Translations under genes and position numbers: made by a program
Part shown: positions 19,961-31,900 of the stretch, piece after piece
Position numbering within the stretch: position 1 is the first letter of the stretch
Layout: the number at the start of each line of letters is the position of its first letter
Origin: a virus
Length of the DNA: 64,000 nt
Reading direction: 5' to 3' (one strand)
IMG/VR virus record: IMGVR_UViG_3300017917_003053
Location: 64,001 to 128,000 of that record
The notes under the pieces: model-generated
Database searches by the model: none
What the model saw: the letters and a program-made list of their open reading frames with translations, nothing else
What the model was told of the DNA's origin: nothing

Positions 19961-20442
19961 TCAGCCCATAGGAGTTTATTCATATAATTACGCTCTCTAG
20001 ATAATGCACAACCGCACTTGAGACATGTATTATTTTGATAAAATTCACAACCTTTACAGATCTCCATTCTTTCATCAATTTGTTCCTGAGAGCATTGTTT
20101 TTTATTTTGATTTGGTGGTGTTTGAGGTATGGGATCCATTGGTTTAAGTGCTGGAGATGCTTCACCAAACCACCAATCATTTACTATAAAAGTTTTGCCT
20201 TTATTATTTTCTATTGTTTGTTCTGATACTACAGTACCATCCTGTTTCATAACAGTAACTTTATCCAAAGTAATTTGAGGATAAGAAGGATGCTGTGATG
20301 CTCTCTCTAAAAGAACAGGACATACACGCGATATTCGTACATTATTTTGTGGCTTTATTGTGACAAATTGACAGTGTTTGCAAACGACAAAATTGTTCTT
20401 GAGTTTAGAATCTTCAAACATGCAGTAAATAGATGTTTCCAT
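19912..20442 (-). CDS. Small Cys-motif protein (DUF6171-like C-terminal domain)
   Basis: ERMEICKGCEF...CLKCGC...CPVNKW plus an N-terminal CKHC; AAGGAG RBS. Confidence 0.7.
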   Translation of the reverse strand: METSIYCMFEDSKLKNNFVVCKHCQFVTIKPQNNVRISRVCPVLLERASQHPSYPQITLDKVTVMKQDGTVVSEQTIENNKGKTFIVNDWWFGEASPALKPMDPIPQTPPNQNKKQCSQEQIDERMEICKGCEFYQNNTCLKCGCALSRERNYMNKLLWADQSCPVNKWGPVSTSS

Positions 20443-20459
20443 AATTATCTCCTTAATCT

Positions 20460-20487
20460 ATAATAAATTCTAATATTGTATTGTCAA
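20460..20487 (-). promoter_or_regulatory. Sigma70-type promoter for the Cys-motif gene
   Basis: Minus strand TTGACA (20487-20482), 16 nt, TATTAT (20465-20460) in a 45-bp intergenic gap. Confidence 0.55.
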
Positions 20488-22185
20488 TTATTCTGTCGAT
20501 GGAGCACAAGGTTTGGTAGTAATCTTACAGAAAACCATAATTAATTTAATAGCTTTGGTTTCTAAAACTTCTTCTCCAACATATTTTATATTTTGAATTA
20601 AATTAATACCTTCTGTGTTACTAGGACATTTAGAATTTGGATCTTTTTCACACTCATCATTTCCTATCTTGTCACAACTATTGCATATTCTCCAATACTG
20701 TTTACCCTGTATGGGTGGATTATACCCATATACTGCATTAGAAAATGTCTTTATAATTCTATGACTTGGACAATATTTTGTGGAATATGTACACATATCA
20801 TCTGATCTTTCGTACATCAAATCAGTACCACAACTAGTAGCATCACATAATTTTTCTTCAGTTGTTTTGGTATACTGCGGCCCTTCTTCGGCACAACCTT
20901 CTGTAATTGTTTTTTGCATCGTATCTATAAAATTAGAATCGCAACAGTATCCTCTAGTATAAGTTTTAGAGTCTGGTATACATCTATTAGTACTCCCTGT
21001 TTCATCTTTTAAACAATCCTCCATACATACTCTATAGCTAGTATATGGACCAGTTTCATTTTCAGACTCTTCTCCCGGACCTTTTTGTGTGCATTCTTCA
21101 CCATCACACCACCACGGATTATCAGAACCGTCGCCATCTATGGGGCATGGTTGATTATAATATCCCTGCCATCCCCACCAATATCCCCAAAAATTATTCA
21201 TGCAACAATCGTCTCCAATATATCCTGAGTATCCATATCCTCCCCAATACCAGTTATTCCAAGATCTTAAATCATAATTACAGTCTTCTAAATCTTCGCA
21301 CTTATAACATGATGGACATGTATAGTATCCTGACTCATTTTTACCGCAGTCACATTCATCTAATTCCCACAAATTTTCTACAGATGTAGTGGTAGATGTT
21401 TTAAGTTCATATCCTTCTGGTACAGGTGGTGGATTACTTGGACATTTTGTTCCATAAAACCAATAGTAACCATTGTCGCATTTGGCCTCTGGAGAAGTTG
21501 AACACTCTTGTCTAGTTGTTGTACATGATTGGCTGTATACTGGGATGTAAGTAGAGCACGATTTTTCTGGGTATGTTAATTTTTCTGAGCATGTATATGC
21601 CGGTTTAACTAATTCATATTCTACTGTATATTCCTTTTTTACGATTTCATAATCATAATCACATTCACCTTCTTTACAAACAAAGTTTGATGGTGCCTTA
21701 CAACATCTTTCTTCTCTATCTTTTCCATTAATTAATGTGCAGTAATTGCTATCATTATAATCAGATATGCAATTAAAAGTTTTGCATCTGGCTATTCTTG
21801 GTTGTCCACAAGAAGATGCTTCCATATCCTCACAATTTTGACCATAAAAATTAAAACAATTATAATAACTGTAATAATTACCACACCTGTAAGCTTCTGG
21901 GGCATCAATTTCACTGTACAAAAAAGTTAAATTATTACCGTATACACTCCAATTATATCCCCAACCCCACCAGTTATTCCAGTATCCTGTATTCCACCAA
22001 TTGGTTCTACAAGCCATACCTCCGCCGACATAATATGCTGTAGCAATATCTGCTCCACTTTTTTCATCTGATGTGCCGACTCTTCTTTGTTTTTGACAAA
22101 CTTCATTAGAAGAAAAACATTTTTCAACATCATCTGATACCACATACTGGAGTTGGCCATTTTTATCAAAATAACTTTTAGACAT
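20488..22185 (-). CDS. Cys/Trp/Tyr-rich putative virion protein
   Basis: About 47 Cys by hand count and three W/G/Y-rich patches; GGAG RBS before the ATG at 22185. Confidence 0.7.
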   Translation of the reverse strand: MSKSYFDKNGQLQYVVSDDVEKCFSSNEVCQKQRRVGTSDEKSGADIATAYYVGGGMACRTNWWNTGYWNNWWGWGYNWSVYGNNLTFLYSEIDAPEAYRCGNYYSYYNCFNFYGQNCEDMEASSCGQPRIARCKTFNCISDYNDSNYCTLINGKDREERCCKAPSNFVCKEGECDYDYEIVKKEYTVEYELVKPAYTCSEKLTYPEKSCSTYIPVYSQSCTTTRQECSTSPEAKCDNGYYWFYGTKCPSNPPPVPEGYELKTSTTTSVENLWELDECDCGKNESGYYTCPSCYKCEDLEDCNYDLRSWNNWYWGGYGYSGYIGDDCCMNNFWGYWWGWQGYYNQPCPIDGDGSDNPWWCDGEECTQKGPGEESENETGPYTSYRVCMEDCLKDETGSTNRCIPDSKTYTRGYCCDSNFIDTMQKTITEGCAEEGPQYTKTTEEKLCDATSCGTDLMYERSDDMCTYSTKYCPSHRIIKTFSNAVYGYNPPIQGKQYWRICNSCDKIGNDECEKDPNSKCPSNTEGINLIQNIKYVGEEVLETKAIKLIMVFCKITTKPCAPSTE

Positions 22186-25100
22186 CTTTAGCTCCAGCAA
22201 AACAGTTGATACATTCTGAAGTTACATTATTACACATATATACTTCTTGTTCTGACTTAAAATCTATTTTTGGACAATTAAAAGATGATGATCTTATATG
22301 GTATATTTTATTATATTCATCATTATTTAGTATTCCAATAATTACATTATCATAAATTTCAAATTTAATATTTAGATTAATATCTGTTTTATTTTCACAA
22401 CATTCTTCGTCTTCTGGTATACACTTATTTTCACAGCATATCTCGTTGTCGGCACACTCAGAGCAATTAGTATCATCATGGTTTTTAAATGTGAGCTTAA
22501 ATTCTTTATTAAAAACTTTGACTGTGCTAACAGATGCTATTTTATCTTTTTGAGATAATAAAGTAAGCTTTTGTTTAAAATAGCTTTTTACGTCTCTAGT
22601 TAATACTTTATATGATGACTTTACTGTTTCTAATAGTTGAGCAGATATCTTCTCGCATTTGGAGTATCCATCTTTTATGTTTAATGAGGTCCAACCATCC
22701 TCATTAGTTTTACATTCATATTCTGTAGACCAATGTTGTAGTTTTACTCTTTTTTCTAAATCAGCACAAGCATTATAGTCACAACCTGTATCTGGGCAGC
22801 ATTGTCCTGGTGAACATCCTCCACCAGCAGAAGTTGATGAAACTATGCAGCTATCTTCTCCGCAATATCCACCCCAGCCAAAACCACACCAGTATCCTCC
22901 ATAACCAAAGGATAAAGCATCGCTAGTATTACAAAAACCATAACAGTTATAATATACAGTACGACTTAAGGCTAAAGCATTAATGCTGTTATAAAAATTA
23001 CTAGTGCAAGAACAGTAACAGGCATTTGCTGCTTTGGAACATGAATCATTATTACAGTCTTTGTATTGATCAGAACAACTTTGAAAACAATCATTATATG
23101 TTTTAGTAATTTTACTATATTCACAACATATTCTATAGTCTTCTTCTTGAGCTTTAAGGTCTAAGTTATGTGCAGCTTTATTGCTGCCATTTTCATCAAT
23201 ATATATAACTTGTTGATAAGAAGATCTGCTTACAGATTCTGTGCCTTTTGGACATGCTTTTTCGTATGCTTCCATAGCTTCTTTAGTTGGGCCGACTATT
23301 TCTCCAAAACAAGAGGGCGTTGCAAAAGATTTTACCGTTTTTGTGATAGGATCACAGGCATCAGGCTCATAGTCTGAATAATCTTGTCCATTACCAGGGA
23401 ATATAGTCAATATATCATATGTGTATTCACAAGTTTCAAACCCAGGTTCTCCAACTAAATTTGTTCCTGGAGGACAATGACACTCTCTAGGTAATGGATC
23501 ACTATAGCTAATTGAAGCATTGCAGTTAACATCTCCACACTGTCTACATGATAAATAATAATCTTCTGGAAGAGTAATCTCTTCGCATTTTATTAATTCA
23601 TAATTAGCATTGATGGATTTCAGATACTCAGCCGCTTCTTCACAACTCCATTCTTCGCACCCATATGGTTGACAGTCTGTTCCTTCTACGCATGGGTTTA
23701 AAGTAGATGAATCACAATCAAATTTGCCTTCGCATATAGTTTTATAAACAGTCATAGAAGATTCTGTTTTAGGATCTACTACAATATCATTAAAACATGT
23801 GCTCTGTATTACCAATCCAGAAGCAGTATCTAGAAGGTTAAAATCACACTTTAAATCATCAACAGATAATGTAAATAATTTACCTTCTCCTACGCATTTT
23901 TTACTCTTAATATCAAAACTATGGCTAATAATATACTTTGATTTAGAATCAGGATCATACTCATAAAATGGTTTAGAGATAACATTTGGATGATTAACTG
24001 AATCTCTATATCTAGATTCATTTTCCATTATCACAGAACTTGGTAAAACATTCAATTGTGCAGCATTCACATTCTCTTTGAAAGCTGATAAATCCACCAA
24101 GATACCTGGAATATATTGAGATCCTGCGCTATAATCTTCTGGAATAATAGTAGCACATTCTTTAGTAGCATCTGCACAGCTATAATTATATAAGAATGTT
24201 TCTCCAATATTTGGGAAACTAAGATCTGTACATGGAATATCTATAGAGTCGCTCTGAGGTAAAAATGTGAATGTAACTTGTTTTGGCGTTTTTAAATCTG
24301 GCTTAATATCTTTTTTAAGTTCAATAATATAATACTCTAAAGATTGAAATTGAATTGTTCCAGTAATATTTCCTGTGGGACAAATGTCAGTACAAGAAAT
24401 ATCTTTCTTTGAATCCTTAAACCAAAAATCTCTACATTCTTTAATTTTATCTTCTTGTTTTTCTAGACAAGCTTCTCTATCTGACAAACATGCTTCTCTT
24501 CTATCTAAACAGGCATCAATATCAGCCTGTTTTTCATAACTATCGCAATCCTCAGAGTTACATTCTTCTTCTGTCTTACAGCAATAATTTATAGCATTAC
24601 ATTGGGATGGGAAAGAGGTCTCTGTTATATTTAATAATTGTTGATCTTTTCCTACCAACCCAAGAATATCGTATATGTCAGCTTTAGTAATTTCATATGA
24701 TTCTTCGCATATATTAGTTGGATATCTGTCTGAGCATGTGCTAGAGTCTCCTTGGCAACTATATTCTATCTTTTTTGGTATCTTGTATTTTGTATTAGTG
24801 GTTAATAGAATATTTTTAGATGTTAATAAACTCCATGAATCATTTTCTTTGATGTCTATCCAGTATAAATTATCATTATATGGAATGGGCATTTTATTAT
24901 ACAGATAATCGAATGATTTGGGCTGAAAGAAATCTTCGAAATAGATAGTTCCACTGTTACTAATGATTGGTTTTTTAGAATTATCTTCTTCAAAAATATT
25001 TAAATCAATAAATGGATTGAAATCTTTATTCAAAGATCTTATATGAGATTGTTCTAAATATAACTTGTCATTTGGATTATTAACGGCGCTAGTAAGCTTT

Positions 25101-28100
25101 TGACCCAATGCTGGAGGAATAGGTTCGTGTTGATAGTAGGAGATTCTGGATCTATCAGAGACTTCAACATTATCTACTAGTACTGTGTATTCTTTGATAT
25201 AAAATGTTTTGGCGCTTGCTGTTACGTCAATCACAACGTCAATAGGTATACAAAAATCAGAATTTCCTTCTGCTATTAATTCTCCATATATTGGTAAAGC
25301 ATCATTTTTAGTATATGTAATAACAATCTCGTCATCATCATTAACGTCTTCAGCTTTTCCTCTAAAAATTTGTTTATTATTATATTTAAATATCAGAGAT
25401 CCGGAATTTCTTGCTTGGGTATTAAGCTTAACTTTAATAGTTAATGGTCCTGTGATTGATCCAAGATAGATCCATTCTTTATTATTATTTACCGTACCTT
25501 TTGCTATTATACTGTCTCCTGACAAATACATATTATCAGTTATTTCAAGTTTTTTATCATAGTTTAATAGTTGAAATTTACGTCTTTCATTATCTGTCAA
25601 TGAATCGAATAGTCTCACAGTGGGAAAGAAATATGTTTGTTTGTTTTTATCATAATCATTGACAAAACTGATAGGACATCCCCAAGTAAAAGATGTGTTT
25701 TTACTGACACTAGTACGTAGAATTGAGTTATTATACCACACATCATTAATTGGTTGTCCATACCAACTTTGTTTTAAAAATAAATCTTGACGATATAAAT
25801 CAACATCATTATATTTTTGTGCCATCTGAGCAGCATATCCATAGGACATATTCCCCCATTTGCCTATGGTTAATTTATTATCTAGTTCTGTTGCATTAGG
25901 CCGATAAATAACAATTGATTGATTATATTGACTACTATCTAAGGTCTTATATAGATATCCTCTTTGATAGTATCTTTCATCTGGAATTTTATTAATACGA
26001 AATTTGTTAGTATCTAATATTTCAACAACAGTAACTTGTTCTTTTTTATTAAAATCTATAGAAGATACAAGAGTAAGTTTTTCTTCTCTAATAAATGGAT
26101 CATCAATATAGTTAAGCATTCGATTTTGATTACTGCTAGAACTATTAATTTGAAGAATATCTGTGCCAGACTCTCTAACAAAACTAAAATCATTGTAAGC
26201 ATAACCATATGCGTAATCCATATTAATGTACTCAAAAGGCACATTTTCTAAAATCATAGATTCTATAGGATTATATTTAGTCTTTTTAAAACTGTTATTA
26301 ACGTAATATGAATTGCCTTCAGTTTTAATTCCCAGATATGTGCTATTGTCTATTTTATTTTTTTGTTGCTCTGTCATTCCACTAGTACTATACATAAAGT
26401 TATATCCTGGGAGATATTGTTCTTTATACATAGCTTTAGCGTTGTAAAAATAATTATTAATACTTTCTGCTAATTCAATAGTGACCAATACTTCTGTTCC
26501 TATACAACTATCAAATATTTTTTGTCCTTTATCATCAATGATCTGTGTCCATGCAATACCTCCGTGACATCCTCCTTCTTCATATGCACATTGAATGAAG
26601 ATATCCATAGTTTTACCAGATTTATTGCGAACTTTCTTTGGTAATGTTAGTACAGAAGTTCTATCTCCTCCTGGTACAGTTCCGGGGTCGTCTGGGCCTC
26701 CTCCGTTGTTTAAATTGGCCACTCCTATAAAAACATCATTAACAAATACATTAAATTTGGCTCTATCACATCCGTGTCCACCTGGGCATGGACCATCTGT
26801 ATTACTATATCTGATATACAAAGAATATGATCCTCCACCAGCATAAGATGGAGATGGTATAGATAATCCATTATGAATAGGAACAATAGGAGATAAATTA
26901 TGATATTTAGCATCATATGTCCATCCTGAGTTTGGATGAAAAAATCCTTTTAATCCAGATACCTCAAGTCCTGTTAAAATTGACTTTTTAGGATATTTCT
27001 GTTGAACGCCAGATACCTCTATCGCCCATTGTGTTCCCTGGCCCGTTGGAGGCACTTTTATTTCTATAGATACTTGTGTTGGTGATTGATTTTTTTTAGT
27101 TAAACACAATGCACCCGCTGTACTTGTAAAATAAGGATCTTCATTTTCTATAGAATCATTTTGCCAAGATAATTTAAAATGAGCACTTGTAGACTCATAA
27201 CTCATAAATAGTTCAGCAGGATAATCGAAGTTTAGACTGATATTTTTATCTCCACATCCTTCTATTTTATATGAACAATTTTGACCTATAGGAAATATGG
27301 GACTATGAGTTTTTGGTAATCTTGTTCCGGGATTGGGATGTCCAGAAGGTAAAATTAGACCATAGCTATTAACTTGTTGTTGAGTGAGTCCGCCATAGAA
27401 TTGTCCAGACGGCATATAGAATGTCGATGTGGATGGAACATACAATAATCCTGATTCATTAGAAAGAACTGCTTTCCCGCTAGCATTAGGGTGTAGATCC
27501 ATTAAAGAAAAACATTTACAGGTCGGACTACTCTCCGAAATAAATGGAGGACACGATGGTTTGGATTCTGATCTAAGATACGAGATAAAGATACCGCTGC
27601 TAAATTGCACTTGCGAATTATTATGTGTTTTTATTTTGATAAAGATATTACTAGGATCACCATCCATAGTTTCCGGAGACTCATCCTTTTGTATAAAGTA
27701 TGGTCCGATGAAAGTTTCTTCATTAATAGCTGAAGAACATGATACATCTCTTTGTAAAGATGTGACGAAATCAACACCTCCCAAACCATGTAGTTTGATA
27801 GTGTCAAAATCTGGTTTAAAAACACCACTATTTTTTTCTGATAAATTATATCCTATAATTTGATTGCCATATTTGACATAGTTTATATTATACTGGATTT
27901 CTGTTGGGTCATCACCTTCTTCTTCTGGAGGTTGTTCAACAGAAAAAATTTCATTAGATCGTACTGCCTCTAATTTTGTTTCATTGTTTAAATAAACAGC
28001 AATATCATAACCTGTAGATTGTTTTTTATCAGCTAAAAATAGATCCGTCTCCATCTTTATTTGGATATTTGGTCCGGTGGTACTTTGAAAATTTGACTTT

Positions 28101-28933
28101 AAAGTAGCTTCGGATCCTTCTGGAACAGTAACTTTAATATTGTATTTAGAGCTTAATTTATTAAGTAAATCTTTTTTAGTAGTAATATAATTACCTTGGC
28201 CTATGTCAGAATATGTTTTGTCTGACATTCCAGATAATTGAGGATATAATAAGCCTAATGGTGTCCTTTCATATATTAGACCATTAGATGGACCGGATAA
28301 TGTTTCGGTGATTCTATCTATTTGTGGACCAGTTGCTAAAATACCAGCATTGATACTAGCTTGTGTTGTATTATATCCTGCACTCAATAAAGATGATTTG
28401 ATTGCTAGAAATGTACCGCTTAGATTAGGAGTAATCATTGGCTGATCATTAGCAATAGCCATATCTCCATCAGAAACATATAAATCAATACCTGGAAATA
28501 ATCTCAGTTCTTTTTCTGGTAAACGACCCATATCGTAGTATCTGTACCAAAATAATACTCCGCTAGTATAGGTTTTGCAGCCATAGTATTTTGTTAAGTC
28601 TATTGGCCAGTCTAAAGCTAATTGTAACTTACCTGTGGTTGTCCAATTTTTAAATTTGGGATTGTCTATTAAAACAAAATTTTTAATTCCTAATCCGTTA
28701 GGAGTAGATGATGTGCATGGATTATTATTGTTGGTATCAACTTTAGTCCATGTTTTTCCGTTAGCGTTATTAATAAATTTATTGAATAATACCGGTTGCC
28801 AAATTCCACTAAATTTAGCATTAAAAGCAGGAATCAGATTCTTTAGATCATAATTTAACGTTGTATTATTATCAAACGCAGTAGATAATTCGTTAATAAA
28901 TGTTGTGTCTTTGACCCTGCAATCGCAATCCAT
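22178..28933 (-). CDS. Giant (~2250-aa) putative tail/adhesion protein with Cys-rich C-terminal third
   Basis: Long ORF in the tail module. Starts MDCDC after a GGAGG RBS and has many CC/CxxxC motifs. Confidence 0.7.
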   Translation of the reverse strand: MDCDCRVKDTTFINELSTAFDNNTTLNYDLKNLIPAFNAKFSGIWQPVLFNKFINNANGKTWTKVDTNNNNPCTSSTPNGLGIKNFVLIDNPKFKNWTTTGKLQLALDWPIDLTKYYGCKTYTSGVLFWYRYYDMGRLPEKELRLFPGIDLYVSDGDMAIANDQPMITPNLSGTFLAIKSSLLSAGYNTTQASINAGILATGPQIDRITETLSGPSNGLIYERTPLGLLYPQLSGMSDKTYSDIGQGNYITTKKDLLNKLSSKYNIKVTVPEGSEATLKSNFQSTTGPNIQIKMETDLFLADKKQSTGYDIAVYLNNETKLEAVRSNEIFSVEQPPEEEGDDPTEIQYNINYVKYGNQIIGYNLSEKNSGVFKPDFDTIKLHGLGGVDFVTSLQRDVSCSSAINEETFIGPYFIQKDESPETMDGDPSNIFIKIKTHNNSQVQFSSGIFISYLRSESKPSCPPFISESSPTCKCFSLMDLHPNASGKAVLSNESGLLYVPSTSTFYMPSGQFYGGLTQQQVNSYGLILPSGHPNPGTRLPKTHSPIFPIGQNCSYKIEGCGDKNISLNFDYPAELFMSYESTSAHFKLSWQNDSIENEDPYFTSTAGALCLTKKNQSPTQVSIEIKVPPTGQGTQWAIEVSGVQQKYPKKSILTGLEVSGLKGFFHPNSGWTYDAKYHNLSPIVPIHNGLSIPSPSYAGGGSYSLYIRYSNTDGPCPGGHGCDRAKFNVFVNDVFIGVANLNNGGGPDDPGTVPGGDRTSVLTLPKKVRNKSGKTMDIFIQCAYEEGGCHGGIAWTQIIDDKGQKIFDSCIGTEVLVTIELAESINNYFYNAKAMYKEQYLPGYNFMYSTSGMTEQQKNKIDNSTYLGIKTEGNSYYVNNSFKKTKYNPIESMILENVPFEYINMDYAYGYAYNDFSFVRESGTDILQINSSSSNQNRMLNYIDDPFIREEKLTLVSSIDFNKKEQVTVVEILDTNKFRINKIPDERYYQRGYLYKTLDSSQYNQSIVIYRPNATELDNKLTIGKWGNMSYGYAAQMAQKYNDVDLYRQDLFLKQSWYGQPINDVWYNNSILRTSVSKNTSFTWGCPISFVNDYDKNKQTYFFPTVRLFDSLTDNERRKFQLLNYDKKLEITDNMYLSGDSIIAKGTVNNNKEWIYLGSITGPLTIKVKLNTQARNSGSLIFKYNNKQIFRGKAEDVNDDDEIVITYTKNDALPIYGELIAEGNSDFCIPIDVVIDVTASAKTFYIKEYTVLVDNVEVSDRSRISYYQHEPIPPALGQKLTSAVNNPNDKLYLEQSHIRSLNKDFNPFIDLNIFEEDNSKKPIISNSGTIYFEDFFQPKSFDYLYNKMPIPYNDNLYWIDIKENDSWSLLTSKNILLTTNTKYKIPKKIEYSCQGDSSTCSDRYPTNICEESYEITKADIYDILGLVGKDQQLLNITETSFPSQCNAINYCCKTEEECNSEDCDSYEKQADIDACLDRREACLSDREACLEKQEDKIKECRDFWFKDSKKDISCTDICPTGNITGTIQFQSLEYYIIELKKDIKPDLKTPKQVTFTFLPQSDSIDIPCTDLSFPNIGETFLYNYSCADATKECATIIPEDYSAGSQYIPGILVDLSAFKENVNAAQLNVLPSSVIMENESRYRDSVNHPNVISKPFYEYDPDSKSKYIISHSFDIKSKKCVGEGKLFTLSVDDLKCDFNLLDTASGLVIQSTCFNDIVVDPKTESSMTVYKTICEGKFDCDSSTLNPCVEGTDCQPYGCEEWSCEEAAEYLKSINANYELIKCEEITLPEDYYLSCRQCGDVNCNASISYSDPLPRECHCPPGTNLVGEPGFETCEYTYDILTIFPGNGQDYSDYEPDACDPITKTVKSFATPSCFGEIVGPTKEAMEAYEKACPKGTESVSRSSYQQVIYIDENGSNKAAHNLDLKAQEEDYRICCEYSKITKTYNDCFQSCSDQYKDCNNDSCSKAANACYCSCTSNFYNSINALALSRTVYYNCYGFCNTSDALSFGYGGYWCGFGWGGYCGEDSCIVSSTSAGGGCSPGQCCPDTGCDYNACADLEKRVKLQHWSTEYECKTNEDGWTSLNIKDGYSKCEKISAQLLETVKSSYKVLTRDVKSYFKQKLTLLSQKDKIASVSTVKVFNKEFKLTFKNHDDTNCSECADNEICCENKCIPEDEECCENKTDINLNIKFEIYDNVIIGILNNDEYNKIYHIRSSSFNCPKIDFKSEQEVYMCNNVTSECINCFAGAKDV

Positions 28934-28934
28934 C

Positions 28935-31900
28935 CTATCCTCCACAAGAATTTGTACTTGTTAAAATCCATTCGTTTTTCATAAATGTAAAAATACCAGG
29001 TTGATTATTAGTAGATATATCATAATTTAAATAGTTATTAAATTGTATAATAATTTGTTCTGGAGTTTCAGGTTGTCCTGTCACAGCATCAAAACCTTTC
29101 GCATAAGCATTGGATATTGTAGCTGTACCATCGCTATTTATTGTTCCTAAAGCCACAATATTTTGTTTGGATACTGGTTCATAAAATCCAGAAGCCTCAT
29201 CATAGTAACATGTAAGTTTAGCTCCTCTAGGAGCGCCATAGTTTTCGGTACTATCTCTTACGAAAACCATTCTACGTAAATTATTAGCTAATGGTGATTT
29301 CTTATCTGCACTATTTAAAAATGCTCTGGCAGGAAATGGTGGTACAAGATCGTCTTCTAATTGAATATCTACTAATCCATAAGGCTGAGGAGTGGTCCAA
29401 ACTTTTCTTGATGCATCCCATCTTAAATCAATAGGGCCAACCGGCCACATATCTGGTCTTAATCCCCAACCCTTATAAAAATTGTTTTCTTTAACGGGTT
29501 CTGTCCACTGACCTTTTGCAGCGTCCCATGTTTGATTTTTCCCTAAAATTGTACCTTGATAATTTTCATAACCTCCTGTTTGATCTTTTAAATCCTTAAT
29601 ACGTAATGGATATCCATTATCATTTAGAGATTTAGGTTCTCCTGACGCATTTGGTACTGGGAAACCATCAGTATCAAATCCCCATCCGGCCATTACCAAT
29701 GGACCACGAAGCGCTAAAAACCTATGATTATTTTGGAAATACTCTACCTTTTTATTTCCCATAGTTACTGTTGATTGACTTGTTCCAACTCTGCCTGTTG
29801 CAAGGTCAAAGGCTACGGAGTTCCAGTCTCCGTCACATAAAGAATTATTTTGATCTAAATACTCAAATCCATTCTGGTCTGAATTTAGATTACCATTAAT
29901 TGATAATGAGCCTAATGGAGGCACAACGCTTCGTCCAACAATGTCTATATGGTGAGCAGTATAGTCTGAGTCTTGAGCATATTTATTACGCAATTCTCCA
30001 ACTGGCATAATGATAGGATTTAAATTGACATAATCTATTTTCTTACCTTTAGTAGTAGAGAATAATAATTGTTTTAATTTATTAGGATCTTTAATAATAG
30101 TATTATCTGCTTTATCAGATAAAATATATGGAGGTAGTCTTCCATTAGAAGCCAAAGAGGTATCTGATTCTTGTCCCGCCACTATATCTGAGCAATAATC
30201 ACAATATAATGTCTTATCAAACCATGTATATTGTTTTGTTCCTCTACAAATTGGACAACCAGAAATTTTACCATCATTAGTGGTAACATATGGTTTATAA
30301 GGAGTAGTTGAACTAAGCATTGTCGGATAGAAAGATACCGGATGTAGCAATCCATCCAAACTCATAAACGCTTTGGTGCTATACAACTCATCAAATTCTT
30401 GCACAATTTCTCTGGCTTCTTGTATACCAACCGTTGTCATTTGTTTTATAGAATTACCTGACCATTGTGCATTATTATTGTTTGGAGTGGGGAAGAAAGA
30501 CATTCTCCCATTAGGTTCCATTTTTCTACTATAAAATGGTGCAGAATATCCCACCAGTACATTTGCTGGACTATAACTTCTTAAGATTGAGTCCGATGCT
30601 GTGCTCCATGAACCATTTACTCTTGTTCCGGTAGCCAAACCATTTAATATTTCTGATATCTTATTAAATGATTCTCTAAATTCTTTGTTCAATTTTAGAG
30701 TTGCTTCTGAAGCTTGTTTTATTCTGTCTGCATTCTCTTTATTGAAGAGTGTAAACTTTTTAGTGAATGTTCTAAAAGTATATGTTGTACTTGCTCCTCC
30801 ATCACTAATTTGACATTGTATATTACTAACTGTTGGACCTCTAAAAACAACTCCGGCTGCTTTTAATTCGGATCCCAAATTAATAAATGGCACACCTTTG
30901 ATAGTTAAATTGCCGGTCTCTAACTTTTGTTGATAATTGTTATCTTGTCCAACTGTTAATAAAGCTATTTCATCAAGAACTCTCATTCCTCCATATTTCC
31001 ATGGAACAAAATCTGAATTAATTTCTAGTTTTACTCCTCCAATTAATGTTTCAATTTTTTTATTTTTTATAGTATCATTATCGAAAGGGAAAATAACATT
31101 CTTTAATAGATCAGGAGCACTAACCCAAGGGCCATATACTGATGTGTTATCAATAATGGGAATACCAGCAAAAAACGGAATTGCCGCCTTTGGAGCTACA
31201 CTTAAATTATTGAATTGTTTATTAGCTTTATTCTGACTCACAGCATTGTCTGCATTAGCACTGGAAAATTCTTGTGCTGTTGGCCTTCTAAACATAGAAT
31301 TAGCTAAAGCATTAATAGCTACATCTGATCCTGTATCATTGTATTCATTAATAAAATAGTCTGCAATAGCAGCTTGTACTGATAAAGACTCAGGATTAAT
31401 AGGATTAATAAGTACTGGTTGATTAACAGAAATAATAATTTTAGGATATAATTGTCCATTATATAAATATGTTTCAAATTCTTTTTGTACAGATGACTTG
31501 ATATAGACTTTGGAGACTCCTCCTTGGCTTATTGGCACTTGAGTTCCGAATGGATCTGTCAAAGATTTATTAGGTTGTGGTATTACTACACTCTCTCCGT
31601 CTTTTAATTGAAGTGCTGGTTCCCAAAATCCTAAAGATATAGAATCATCTCCGGATAAACTCACTACTCTAGGATTGGCACCATATGTTGCTCCAAACTT
31701 TCTAGATATATCCCATTTCCACATATGAATAGCTTGCATATTAGCATATGTTTCTAGAGACATATCATAAAGTTTTTTATATAACTCTTTACTATAATTA
31801 TATTGGACTGTATTATTAAATCCTAAAATAGGTTCTATAGATCCATCTTCTTTTAAGAGAGGATCCAGATTGGAATTACCAACTCGTAAACTATCATCAA

